Source: Octopus vulgaris (Eukaryota). Taken from it: 64,000 bases of DNA. The DNA is taken from positions 42,408,001-42,472,000 of the forward strand of contig OX597836.1 of NCBI GenBank assembly GCA_951406725.2, read 5' to 3'. Below the pieces are notes generated by a model, which did not search any database, was not told where the DNA came from, and saw only the letters and a list, made by a program, of their open reading frames with translations. Of the stretch, positions 1 through 14,417 are shown in pieces (within the stretch, counting starts at the first letter, position 1; every line of letters begins with the position of its first letter). Position numbers and translations under genes: made by a program.

Positions 1-8
1 TGATGACT

Positions 9-45
<37 letters not shown>

Positions 46-1241
46 AATTGAATTTCTCTTCCTGGCTGTGATTCGAATTTCCAATCTAAAACTTCTCTCT
101 TGCCATTCCACCTATTGTTCTGTCAATAAGGGAACCATGATTAAGGTATTTCCCTCTAGTAACGGTTAGTACTTCGTTGTAGTCGGGGGTCAGCAATTGT
201 AACGGTTGTTGTTATTATGGTGTTGGCTGCCTGTGTGCAAGATGGGAGAAGAAGAGAGATTGAAGTTGTAATGAGATATTTATTTACCTTCACATTAATA
301 TATATCCAAAACCACGACAGGTTGGTATGTATAACTGGTTAAATGGAAAAGCATGCGAGGTACAAAGAGTAAATTTCGGCCGGTAGGTGTGTACACGATT
401 TCATAGTAGTATATATAGAGAGAGATGGTAATGTTACAAAGAAAAGAAAGGGAGTTAGTGAAAGGGAGAGTGGTGGGACGAAACAACTGTTTCGTTGGTG
501 AGTTTGTTTTGCCGTCAACCAGACTCGGTTCTCACTAACTGACTTTGGCTTGCGGAGTTCTTGTTTTTATAACTATCCAAAACCAGCCAGAAGGATAGAC
601 ATATTGTTGAGAATAATAGATTTCGTTGGCGGTACCTGTTATCTCTATTCTAGCTTTTGGTGGCCCAGAAGAGGTAAGAAGGGTCAAGTGGCAAAACCAT
701 TATTCTGCTTAGCGATGGTATCTGGCAAATGTAACTGCAGTCACTCACGGGAAAACTATTGTTTTGCCGTGAGAAAAGAGCTGTTGAACTGTTTAATTAA
801 ATTTGGCGATTGAGGATCGAATCCACACCAAGCCTTCATGAACCACTGTACTCTCCTGACCTGTTTTTGATAAGTATTCATTCGTTTGTAAATGACTGTT
901 TATACATTTTCTGCATTTTTCCTGAAACACATATGCAGTCATAACTGCACAAGCACCTGTATCGTTCGATTTTTAGTTCTCCCACATGAAGGTGAGTGTT
1001 GTAGAAACTGGAATTTCTCTTCCTAGCTGAGATTCGAAATCGAATCTGAAACTTCTCGTTTGCCATTCCACTTTTTATTCTGTCAATAAGGGAACCATGA
1101 ATAAGGTATTTCCCTCTTGACCTGTGAACCGTGAGTATCGTAACAAGTTCACGTACGATAAGAGTCGACCTACATCCACCCACCCTTTGTTCACAACGGT
1201 GTGTACACCCGTGTAACTATTGTGTATATTGCTATAAATAA

Positions 1242-1638
1242 GGTGGCGAGCTGGCAGAAACGTTAGCACGCCGGGCGAAAAGCTGAGCGGTATTTCGTCT
1301 GCCGCTGTATTCTGAGTTCAAATTCCGCCGAGGTCGACTTTGCCTTTCATCCTTTCGGGGTCGATAAATTAAGTACCAGTTACGCACTGGTGTCGATGTA
1401 ATCGACTTAATCCGTTTATCTGTCCTTGTTTGTCCCCTCTGTGTTTAGCCGCTTGTGGGTAGTAAGGAAATAGGTATTTCGTCTGCCGCTACGTTCTGAG
1501 TTCAAATTCCGCCGAGGTCGACTTTGCCTTTCGTCCTTTCGGGGTCGATTAAATAAGTACCAGTTACGCACTGGGGTCGATATAATCCACTTATTCTGTT
1601 TGTCTGTCCTTGTTTGTCCTCTCTGTGTTTAGCCCCTT
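1242..1638 (+). mobile_element. tRNA-derived SINE dimer, dominant family of the window (other copies ~5525-5748, 19274-19702, 24030-24262, 35608-36030, 39796-40030, 44690-44807, 46950-47280)
   Basis: A-box-like TGGCAGAAACGTTAG, B box GAGTTCAAATTC; many near-identical dispersed copies, some with TSDs. Confidence 0.85.
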
Positions 1639-1714
1639 TAGATCTAATCAACTGGCCCACTTCCCCAAAATTTCGAGTAGAAAAGTATATTGTTATAAAT
1701 ACAAACATAGGAGC

Positions 1715-2088
1715 ACTCCGTCGGTTACGACGATGAGGGTTCCAGCTGATACAATCAACGGAACAACTTGCTCGTGCAATTAACGTGCAAGTGGCTGAGC
1801 ACTCCACAGACACGTGCACCCTTAACGTCGTTCTCGAGGAGATTCAGCGTGACACAGAGTGTGACAAGGCTGGCCCTTTGAAATACAGGTACAACAGAAA
1901 CAGGAAGTAAGAGTGAGAGAAAGTTGTGGTGAAAGAGTACAGCAGGGATCACCACCTTCCCTGCAGGAGCGTTGTGAAGCTTTAGGTGTTTTCGCTCAAC
2001 AAACACTCACAATGCCCGGTCTGGGAATCGAAGCCGCCATCCTACGACCGCGAGTCCGCTACCCTAACCACTGGGCCATTGCGCCTCC
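1715..2088 (-). mobile_element. tRNA-derived SINE, second family (related pieces ~8670-8870, 50050-50250)
   Basis: TGGCCCAGTGGTTAG A box, GCTTCGATTCC B-box-like motif. Confidence 0.7.
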
Positions 2089-2114
2089 ACATAAATACAA
2101 ACATTTGGAGAAAC

Positions 2115-2150
<36 letters not shown>

Positions 2151-2514
2151 AGGCCGACCGGTTCCAAATACCATCTCGACAGAAAGTCATAGAGGGACAG
2201 CTATAGAATTCCCCAACGATGCAGTTGTCCTGTCCACCCCTCTCTTACTTTCTTACCCACTCACTTTCATTTCGACAACATCACTTGATTTATTTATGTA
2301 CGGCTGCTAGAACGCTATCCACCCTTTCACAAGAAAATATATCTCTCGTTACCTCGTATGCTATCCAACTGTTTTCATACACGTCTACCCGTCGTGGTTT
2401 GGCTGTAATTATATGTAGTGGAGAAATAAATACGTTATTCACCACTTCGGCCACTGTCTTTCTTTCGTGAAATCAACATCATCTTCGTCTTCCAGCATAC
2501 GCATTATCCGCTGC

Positions 2515-3035
<521 letters not shown>

Positions 3036-3245
3036 GAAATAGAAAGATGAATAATCTTGTTGCAGATTAATCAAAAGTTTAACCGATACCTTGGTAGCAA
3101 AAATCACAGCAGAAGACAGCACGGTTGGAGGTACAACCATATGGTGTTGCAACCGTGCGTTGGTGCGGATAATTGAATTTTAATATTATTAGTTAATTAA
3201 AGAAATGGAGTTGAACGAAGATTGAACAGAAATCGTTTTATTGCA

Positions 3246-3325
3246 TTCTACACGTGTTTCGAAAGGCACAATTTACCAAATTCCGATTGAATAAAGAGAC
3301 CATATTGTGTCTTTCTCTTCAGGAA
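3246..3325 (-). ncRNA. Type I hammerhead ribozyme motif
   Basis: TTC-CTGAAGA-GAAAGACACAAT...ATTGTGCCTTTC-GAAAC-ACGT-GTA-GAA. Confidence 0.7.
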
Positions 3326-4518
3326 GAAATAGGAAATCCGTTGGAAAAAAACAAAAACAGAACAGAGGCGGAGCAAAACAAATCGAACGCGGCTCCTTCT
3401 GCCTATAACCGGCCTTGGATAGTGCGGCGTTATAAAATTCCGCTTTCTGCATAAAAATATCGGCACTAGCGGACAAGCCAGACAATCTTAGAGAGATGTT
3501 TTTAACCAAATTGTCTGTTACGGTTTTGGCATGATTGGAGAAGACACTGACATACTTCAAATTAGTGGAAGGCTTATGGTAAGGGCAGTATGAGTCGCTA
3601 TTAAGGTTAAGTGTAACGTCTAGGAAATTTGCCTTGGTGAGTTCATTATCAAAAACTATATTCATGCCCATTCTATTAAAAAACCTAGCTAACCTGCTCT
3701 TAGTTTTCTGCACTATTCTGTTCGTGGTGTTTTGCAGGTAAAACAGACAATCGTCACGATACAGGCCGCCCGCGATCTCCGGGAATTGGTCGGACAATAT
3801 ATAAATGCACATATGAATACGTGCCCAAACAGGGTGTTAAAGGTTCAGGCATCTGCGCCCCTATTCGAACCCCACCAAAGAACTCCGAAAACATTTATCA
3901 ACCCTACACGCCTACCAACCCCTTAACACCCTACACATATTTCTACCCAACAGATTCGCATTCTTATAGCCAAACGTAAGAATTTAGAGACCAGGGGACG
4001 TAACTCTTAGTAAATTCCACACAATTATTTTGCGTGACTTCATTTCGTTCCCGCTCTCTCCTTTTTACAACAACCACAAACGAAATGTGGCATTTTGTCA
4101 CCTTCTGCCACAAGGCACAGTCGAATATTTATTCTATGCCTTCCACCTCTGACTCGGAAACACATGTGTTTTAGATAACCATCCAGCTATCCAATATCTG
4201 GTTATCTGACAATAATTTTACTTTAAACAGAATACTTTTTCTCGAGTATTTATTTACTATTTTTCGTTTTGGGATTTGGTTTGCAGGAGTCTTTATATGA
4301 GTTCGTGTGTTGAAGCATATTCTATTGTGTCTGAGGAGAGTCGTTTTCTTTTTCTGCCTTATTATGTAACACACTCACCGGTAAAATTTCCACGGTTTTC
4401 TTATTTTTATTATCCTAAAATTTTCGTTGCGTCTTGCAACCTTTTCAATCGTTTTATTTATTATACTTTAACAAGAACAGCTTCGAAGTCTCGGATTGCT
4501 TATCCTTCATCAGACTGT
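3246..4518 (-). mobile_element. Penelope-like element relic (RT C-terminus plus pLTR pieces)
   Basis: GLYRDD, NFLDVTLNL, PYHKP, SNH motifs in ORF 3273-3812; hammerhead-like motifs at both ends; boundaries approximate. Confidence 0.8.
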
Positions 4519-4601
4519 GATATGTTTGAGTTCATCTATTAAACTGACAACAGCTATAATGTAGTCAATCATACCAAAAATGTTAAATCATAAACCATTC
4601 T

Positions 4602-4922
4602 TTATTCTACAATCTTTAATCGTTGTTGAATGTCGATTTCATATAAATTAGATCTCAGTCCGCAAAGTTTATGAATATAATTCTCTTGAGTACAATTAAA
4701 ATAAAGAATGAAACTCTTGCAATAATGACAAAGAACAGGGATTGAGTCCATGAGGAGTCCAGCCCGTTCTTCATTTCGGTTGAGTTTATCTACCAGGAGT
4801 ATTTTCAAGGACTGGTACTTGGCAATAGCATTGGAATATCGTAGCTTGTGTTTCTCATTTACACTTCGTTTCAATAGTTGTCTTATTTCGTTCAAAAGAT
4901 TCTCCAAATGAATCAGCTGGTT
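4602..4922 (-). CDS. Copy A exon 10 (terminal)
   Basis: TTTTTAG acceptor, phase 0; [10 protein letters not shown]...LKIVE then TAA; same length in copy B. Confidence 0.85.
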   Translation of the reverse strand, partial: NQLIHLENLLNEIRQLLKRSVNEKHKLRYSNAIAKYQSLKILLVDKLNRNEERAGLLMDSIPVLCHYCKSFILYFNCTQENYIHKLCGLRSNLYEIDIQQRLKIVE

Positions 4923-7900
4923 CTAAAAATAAAAAGAAAGTGAAATTAATATATATATATATATATATATATTATCTTCATCATCATCATTTAACGTCCG
5001 TTTCCCATGCTGGCATGGGTTGGACGGTTTGACTGAGGACTGGCAATCCTGTAGGATGCACCAAGCTCCAATCTGATCTGGTAAGGTTTCTACAGCTGGA
5101 TGCCTTTCCTAATGCTAACCACTCTGAGAGTGTAATTCATGCTTTTTACGTGTCACCAACACGGGAGCCAGTCAGGTGGCGCTGGCACTGACCACGTTTG
5201 GATGGGGCTTTTTATGTGCCACCAGCACGGGGAGCCAATCAAGAAGCACTAGCATCGTCCTGATGCTGGAGTTGACTTTGCTCAAATCATAGAACTGAGA
5301 AGCAGGACTGGCACCAGGTCCTATGTTCTGATGCTTTTTTTTTCCCCAGGAAGAAAAATGGAATGTTGCATCGCTTCATATTTTCTTTTAGTTTGTCTTC
5401 GAACAACAAGAGTGGCCTTCCAACAGACATTCCTGCTGGAAAATGGCCAAAGAGAAGTTGCTTTAGAATTCTAATATCACTCATACACGAGAGATGATCT
5501 CATACATTCTGGAAACTACCATACCTATTTATTTACTACCCACAAGGGGCTAAACATAGAGGGGATAAACAAGGACAGACAAACGGATTAAGTCGATTAC
5601 ATCGACCCCAGTGCGTAACTGGTACTTATTTAATCGACCCCGAAAGGATGAAAGGCAAAGTCGACCTCGGCGGAATTTGAACTCAGAATGTAGCGGCAGA
5701 CGAAATACTGCTAAGCATTTTGCCCGGCGTGCTAACGTTTCTGCCATTGAAGTAATTGGTAGGGAGGCACTTCACGAAACTGAGGAATTACCAAAACTAA
5801 TGGAGGACCGCGATACCTGACATAATTTTTTTCGTAGTATAGGCACAAGCCTGAAAACTTGGACGAATGGTCTAGTTAATTATATTGACCCCAGTACTCA
5901 ACTGGTATTCTATTGACCTTGAAAGGATGAAAGGCCAAGTCAACCTTGGTAGTATCTGAACTGAGAACATAAAAGAGCCAGGAGCAAAACTGGTAAGTAT
6001 TTTGTCTAGCAAGGTAACGATTCTGTCAGCTTGAGGCCCTAACCTGACATATCGCTATGGTTTCAAATTTTGGCACAAGGCCAGCAATTTCAGGAGTGAG
6101 CGTAAATTACATCAACCCCAGTGCTCAACTGGTACTTATTTTCTTGACCCCCAAAAGAACAAAAGGCAAAACTGACTCCAGCAGAATTTGAACTCAGAAC
6201 GGGAAGGCAGACGAAATGCCAATAACCATTTTGCCCAGCATGCTAATGATTCTACCTGTTTGACACCTTAATACAGAGAATAATATTGATTTCGCATTTT
6301 GGCACAAGGCCAGCAATTTCAACGAATCGGGTGGAAAGCTGATTACATCGACCCCAGTGCTCAATTGGTTCTTATTTTATTGACCCCGAAAGATGAAAGG
6401 TAAAACTGACATCAGCAGAATTTGAACTCAGAATGTAAAGACGGACGAAAATCTGTTAAGTATTTTGCCTGGTACAGTAACGATTCTGCCAGCTTGCTCT
6501 TCTTTAGCTGACATATCATAATAAAATTCCTCACGGTAGCAGCTACTTGAAGAATGAAGAAGTCATACCAACCCATCCTTCCATTAATCCTATGCCTCTC
6601 AACCATTTTCTGCCCTCTGGACCACTTTGGTTCCTATTTTACTCAAAGAGATCTTCTTAACCATTCAATGTTTAAAAATACCCATTCTTTTATTTATTTT
6701 TTTATTTTTTACATTTCAACCCTAAGGCTGTGACCATGCTGGGGCACCTGGTTATTGTATTAAAAACATTCTTAAAATATTGGGTCATCCCATAAACGAG
6801 ATTTTTTCAGTTGCATGCATTAAAAGTCGGAGGGGGGATGGGATAAACTACCTTCATCAACTTGCTTTATAGCAGGTAGTAATTTTACCATGTACTTATT
6901 CTTAGTGCAAGTTTTGAAGGCAACAATGCAACGAAAAGTGCAAGGAATATTAATACAGTATATGGGGTCATGCAATAAGTGTAAGCCAGTGTCAATAGTG
7001 GTTCCTGAAATTACGAGCCGGAAACTACAACCTAGAAGATTGGCTTCATCTTGGAAGATCTGTAGAGCTCAACGAGGACAACCTGCAAACCCAGAGGAAG
7101 AAAATCCCATCGTAACTGTTGAGGAACTAGCAGAGAATCTTGGGTTTGGTAATTCAACCATTCAACTTAAGTCAGTGTTAGAAGAAAAACGGCCATCTTT
7201 GGTTTCAAGACGGAAGTTGTACTTCCATTAGGATAATGCTTGGCTACATACGACGATGACATTTCCAAAGCTGGAGCAGTTTGAATGGGAAACGATGCCC
7301 CACCCAGCATATTCACCAGACATTGCTCCATCTGATTATCATTTATTCCACACTCTTCAAAATAATTTGACAGGAAAAATATGAATTATGTAGACAAGGT
7401 GTTGCCCCAGCATGGCCGCGGCCTTCGGGCTAAAACATTTTTAAGGATTTAAGGTCCGAACCGTACTGGAAGAGTATTTTATTTATGGACAAATGAATTT
7501 TGGTAAAAGGCCCTTGCAAGTCTACCAGATAAATAATAATGGAAGAGAATTGTAGAAAATGAAGGAGGGTAACATTTAGATTAAAAAAGATTTTAATTAT
7601 CTTAATTTTGAAAAAATAAAAGAAATATAAAAAAAACCACATTATTTATGGGATGATCCAATATTTTTGTATTTTAGAAGTATTACCAATTTATCAATCA
7701 TCAATCAATCAATCATCAATCCATCAATCAACCAATCAATCAATCCATCAATTAATCCACCAATTAATCCAGTAATCGATCAAATAATCAATTCATCATC
7801 AATCCATCAATAAATATCCATCATCAATCCATCAATCTGTCCACCATCTATCTATCAGTCAATCTATCAATCAACAATGACAACATATATGATAATTAAC

Positions 7901-10900
7901 CATACCTGAGGGTTTTCCAAATTGAGATAAACCATGTGTTCTAAAGCCAGAGAGGGTGATTCAGCCTCTGACGAACCGCTCAACAAACGGTCACTGTAAC
8001 CTTCGAGCATGTCCTTGAAACAACTCTTGGCATTTTCGAATTCCTCTTTCAGCAGATAGCAGTGCGCAATCGCATGAATGACATTCATCTTTCCGGTGTA
8101 GTTTGGGTGTATCTGGTTGTAGATATCCAAAGCCTCATGAAAAAATGTCAGGCTGTAGGAGATTTCATGCCTGGAATATGATGGCCGTAGTGGTTCAATG
8201 GTAAGATCGAGTCCAAAGTGGTAGTAGTGGTGGTGGTGATGGTGGTGATGGTGGTGGTGAAGATGGTGGTGGTGGTGGAGGTGGTGGTGGTGGTGGTAGC
8301 AGTAATAGTACAGGTGACAGTGAGAGGTGGTGATGGTGGTGATGATGATGGTGATAGTGGCAATGGTGATGGTGGTGGTGGTGATGGTGGTGATGATGGT
8401 AATTGTGGCAATAGTAGTGGTGATGGAGATGCTGATGGTGGTGGTAGTGGTTGTAGTGATGGTGGTGGTGGTGGTGGTGGTAGCAGTAATTGTACAGGTG
8501 GCAGTTAGAGGTGGTGATGGTGGTGAAGGCGGCAGTGGTGGTGAAGATGGTAACAGTGGTAGTGATGGCAATGGTAGTGGTTATGGTGGTGGTTCTGGTA
8601 GTGGTGGTGGAGGTGGTGATTGTCATGACAGTGGTGGTGGCTATGGCAGTGGTGGTAATAGCAGTTATTCAAGAAACAGGGAGAGAGAGTGAGAGAAAAT
8701 TGGGATGAAAGTGTACAACAGGGGTCGCTACACCCACCCCCCTGCCAGAGCCTTGTGGAACTCTAGGTGTTTTCGTTCAATAAACACACACAACGCCCAG
8801 TCTGGGAATTGAAACCATGATCCTCCGACTACGAGTCCACTGCCCTAACCACTGGGCCATTGCACCCCCCACATATATATATATTATAACTTAGGGTATC
8901 TACGAGATACCGGCATGCTGAAAATAGCAGCCAGGATCTGACTCTAAAACCACCTTAAGTGTTCATATAGCACAAGGAGAGAAGACGAAAGGACAAAATA
9001 AAACTAGTAAAAAATTACTGGATAATTCCAGATCCTAGATCCGGATTTCTAGAGTTAGATCCTGGCTGCTATTTTCAGCATGGTGGTATCTCGTAGAGAC
9101 CCCAATTTATAATTTTAATAATAATTATTACCTTTGAAGGTTTTTATTTCCATGTTGGCCACTTGATAAGATCGTTATTTGATTTAAATTAACAATCTTA
9201 TCCTTATTTATTTATTTATATATATATATATCCTCCCTTATTCCCCTTCCTTTCTTTCCCTCTCCATCCGTCTTCCCCCCCCCTTCTACGTTTCTCTATC
9301 TCTCTCACCTCCAGCCCCCTCGTTCTGTCTCTTTCTTCTCCTCCCTCGTCCACCTTCTCTCTCTTTTCATCTGTCCCTTTCTCCTGTCTTTTGTTCTCAC
9401 GTGACCGCTAGACGCTGTTGAGCGCTCTTTTCGTTCCAGCAGCCGAAGCAACACGTATTTGTTCGTCTCCCTGCGGCCATTAGGCACAACTTCATAAGCC
9501 AGCCCCATACTCAACTCGTCCTGTCGAAAGACCCTTGTCCTACGTCCTGGTTTTGTTTTGTTGTTTATTTTTTATTTTTACCGTTATTGTTTTTACGTTT
9601 TTGTATTTTTATTGGTGTCACGTATTCTGTATTTTTGTTCGTGTACTTCGTTCGTTTTCCGTCCTCGTGTTGTATACATTCGAAGCTTTCTTCCAGGGGA
9701 TCTAATGCGCTTGGCTTAGATTTCCTTTGGCGGGCTGCCCATATCGGAGCAATCTCAAGATTAATCAGCCGAAATTGCTAAGATGATCTGGTTCTTGACT
9801 GATGACTGAGGGCTTCGAATGTCCCGTCCTGTGGTTCTTGTGTCGACTCTGTGGCGTTTCATGTTCTTGTCCATGTCTGTAATTATTTTTACTGTTTACC
9901 TATATATAAATATATATATACACACACATATATATATATACACATACATACACACACACGATATGTTTTTTGTGTATGTGTTAATAGTAAGAAAGTCTCT
10001 CTTCCGTGTGTGCAGAGAAGAGTTCCAATACACAAACTCCTTATATGGTCATACTAATGGCTGCATGCTCCAGACATGTGTCATATGACAGCAAACATGG
10101 ATTAATGTATGTACATGTTCATCATCATCATGTAATGTCCGTTGTCCAGTGTTTGAGTGGTACCTGGATGGTTTGACCAGAACTGGCAAGGTGGGGAGCC
10201 TGTTCAGACCCCAGTCTGATTTGGCAAGGTTTCTATAGCTGGATGCCCTTCCTAACACCAACCCCTTCACAGATGTGCTGGTTGCGTTTACATTGCACCA
10301 CATGAGTGCTTTTACATGGAACCATGTGGGTGCTATTACATGACACTGCACAGGCGCATTTATATGGTACCACCAAAAGAGCTTTGCACCACCAGAAGGA
10401 TCAATCTTAACACTTCTGCAGCGGAGTACGGGTATTCTTGAGTACGGCATGGTACCGGGTATCACCATGTTTAATCCAGGAAGATCTTTTACGGGTCTAC
10501 CAGGGGTATATGCTGCATATTGTACCGACCAACTATGCGCTCCTCTCTTTTAGGCCAGTCTTTTACAGTGGAATGATTCCTGTCATTGCAGCTGTTCCAA
10601 ACACACTAGAAGCACATATTTTTGGTATATCCCAGCTGCAGTCCTAGAAGGAGGGAAATCACCTTTAAATCAAATATTCATGTTTAAGCGTTTGTATGTA
10701 GCTACCACACATGTGGCATTAAGTTTCTTATATCTTCTTGACTCAATGTTGAGAATTTTGTGATTCAGGACCAACTTGAGCAGCATAAATAAAATCATGT
10801 TTAACTCTTGGAATACTGTTTGTCTAAATTACACACAGCCTCACATTCACAATCAACCAATTACTTACATTCGCAAATACATTCAGTTAATCTGGTTGGT

Positions 10901-12508
10901 CAAACGAAACTACTTCCAATCTCAAATGCACTTGACCAATGAGGCTGATCAAACCAAAGTACTTACATTCTCAGATACACATAACCAGTGTAATGCAATA
11001 CCAAGGAGGTGTCCATGTGTAGCCATCTATGCTTCTTTTGATATCCTTGGCACTGAACAGGAGTTGAAGTGCTTTACCTGGAGGAAGAAGAAGAAATATT
11101 AGTTTCAAATTTTGGCACAAAGCCAGCAATTTTGGGGAGGGGGTAAGTTGATTACATCAACCCCAGTGTTTGACTGGTACCTGCTTTATTGACCCCGAAA
11201 GGATGAAAGGTAAAGTCATGTTGATTGTATGAAATATGGGTTTCATATTATGGTTAGCAAGTTCAGGGGAGGTGAGTAAATCAATTACATTGACTCCAGT
11301 ATACTACTGGTACTTATTTTATTGACCTCAAAATGATGAAAGCTAAAATTCAACCTTGACAGAATTTGAACTCAGAATATATAAATGGACAAAATGCCAC
11401 TAACAACTTTGCCCAACGTGTTGTTGGTAATTCTGAATTCGACAGTTCACCATCTTAAGAAGGAGAAATATTCTTTTCTACTCTAGGGACAAGGCCTGAA
11501 ACTTTTGGTGTTGGTGTTTGTAGTGGGGGCAGTCGATTAGATCAACCCCCAGTATGCAATTGGTACGTAATTTATCGACCCCAAAACAATGAAATGCAAA
11601 GTTGACCTCGGTGGAATTTGAACTCAGAACGTTAAGACAGAAGAAATGCCGCTAAGCATTTCACCTGGCACGCTAACGCTTCTGCCAGCTTGTCACCTTA
11701 AGAAAATTAATAAAGAAAACGACCAAATATTTATATTTGTAGTTTTAGATTTTACTTAAAACTTAAAACTCTGTACTTACTGTGTTTGCCAAAGTTTCGG
11801 GATAATAAATTTGCTACATTACAGTACGATATCACAGATATCTTTGGATTTACAGTAACAATTTTCAATCTTTCACTAAGTGCAGCATTATAAAATTTGA
11901 TTGCTTTATTATATTGTGAACCATCTGTTGAAAGAGAAAATGAAATAATATAAACGTAATATTTCCCTATGGCCAGAGATGCTTTCACAGAAGACTGTAA
12001 ATGAACAACACTGCATGGATGACAGTGACATTCGTTTACAACTATCATGCAAAGTCAAGGTAGGGAGATAGCAATACACTCATAAACACAAACGCACACA
12101 CACAAGCACACACAAATATATGGCTTTTATCAGTTTCTGTCAACCACATCCACTCACACAAATTGATTTGGTTGTCTCAGGGCCATAGTGGAAACCATCT
12201 ACCCAAGGTGCCATGCAGTGGGACTTGAATTCAAAACCACGTTTTTGGGAAACAAAATTCTTCACCATACAGCCACACCTGTGCTTAAATAGAAAGTAAC
12301 AAAATATTTAGGGGAAAAAAGGGGGCTGGTGGTACCATACTTACTCCTTTCGTAATTAACACCCATTGTATTCAGCATTTTAGATAAAAGAGGAATAGTC
12401 AAGCCTGACATTTTCTCTAAGTTTTCTGTCAATATTTTCTCACATTTATCATAATAACCTGCAAAGAAGAAGAAGAAGAAGAAGAAGAAGAAGAAGAAGA
12501 AGAAGAAG

Positions 12509-12540
<32 letters not shown>

Positions 12541-14176
12541 GAACAAGAAGAAGAAGAATCATTGTATGAGTATATAAACACACTTACCTTTGGTACACCT
12601 GGACAGGTGAAAGATAAACATGTTCATCTAAGTGGGGTGATGAAAAGTTACTGGTTTTAAGGCTATCGAGAAAGATCTGGCTGGGGGTAAAACAGTTCTT
12701 TTACAGGGCTTAGAAAAACTGAAGGACGACTGTAGGACGTGTGTGAATCTGAGAGGGGAATATCATTGTCATCGTCATCATCATTTAAAGTCCACCTTCC
12801 ATTGATTTGGTTGTCTCAGGGCCATAGTGGAAACCATCATGGGTTGGAATGTTTGATAGGAGCTGACCAGGCATGAGCTGACCAGGCATGAGCTGACCAG
12901 GCATGAGCCTGTGCTAGACTTCTGTGTCTGTTTTGGCACAGTTTTTACACCTGGATTCCTGTCCTAACACCAACCACCTGGCAATAAAATCATAATTTAT
13001 TGATCCTCCTCTATTTTTTTTTACCCAAAATTTGGAACTTTTCAGCGTCCTCTTGTGCGTACATTATCAACATGTTTTATGAGGGGGTGCTGGAAAGTTC
13101 CTGGCTTTAAGGATATCGTGAAAGACCTAGTTGGGGGCCCAACTTTCTAAATTCTTTTACAGGACTTAGAAAAACTGAAGGACCTCTGCAGCAAATGTGA
13201 GAATCTGTGAGGGGAATATGTTGAGTAAAATCATAATTAACTGATCCTCCTGCACTTTCCTTAACTCAAAGCCAGGAACTTTCTCAGCATCCCCTCATGT
13301 CCACATACACTTAACAACCACATGACAGAATCTATAATGTAGTCTTCAGCCTTGCATACATGGTACATGTTGGGCTATGGGTCTGTGGATTGTAACTAGT
13401 CTTGCAGTCGGTTTAGCTACATGTCAGACATGCGCATAGTCAGGAGAAAGGCCCCTGACTAAACAACAACACCATCACACCGACTCATAAAGGCCAGTTT
13501 CCCAGTTTCCATGGTGTAAATATTTCCCACCTGGATAGGACACCAGTACCTTGCAGGATAACTCAGTTTTTGCCAGCTGACTGGACTGGAGCAATGAGAA
13601 AATGAAGTATTTTATTCAAGAACACAACACATCGCCCACTCCAGGAATTGAAACCGCAATCTTATGATCATGAGTCTAACACTAAGACCTGCGCCTTCAC
13701 TCATGGCAACTATTACCAGACACAAACCACATTCTGTCACATATTACACATGACCACAACTGCAAATCAACAAAGAAGCCTCTATGTGGATACTCAACTT
13801 GCTATAAATAGATAATAATAAAAATTTCCCCTGCAAATCACTGCCTTATTAATAAAAGGGCACATTAGACAATGTACCCCTTGTTTCCCTACACATAAGA
13901 AAATCGTTAGACTTTTTACAGCTGGTAGACTTTTATCATAGATCTGCTCAACAAGTGCTGACCTGGGGCCAAATAAAACCACCACCACCACCACCATCAC
14001 CACCACCACCATCACCACCATGAGAGACATAATACAGTTATTACCAACAAATGAGAGGTTGTAGGCCAGGGTAGAGGCACATTTGATCTTCGCATCCTGC
14101 ACCATCTGTGGGCTCGCATCATTAACGGTCATGTTGTAACCCATTTCTGCAAAACTGAGAAACAAATCAAGCAGTT

Positions 14177-14208
<32 letters not shown>

Positions 14209-14354
14209 TATCATCATCATCATCATCATTATCATTATCATCATTGATACCACCACCACCACCACCAGTGAGGAAAAATTAGAAATGAATGAGGAAGGAA
14301 GGAAAATAGGGAAGAAGAGAAAAGAAGGTTCGGAGATAGTATAATAGATATAAG

Positions 14355-14417
<63 letters not shown>

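Noticed and set aside
8148-8708. Thr/His/Val/Gly-rich ORFs extending exon 9
   Set aside because: Intronic trinucleotide tract; its length and frame differ in copy B.
10438-11102. Plus-strand ORFs conserved between copies (10438, 10776, 6890 and paralogs)
   Set aside because: Conservation reflects the recent duplication; they are antisense, intronic or mariner-derived.
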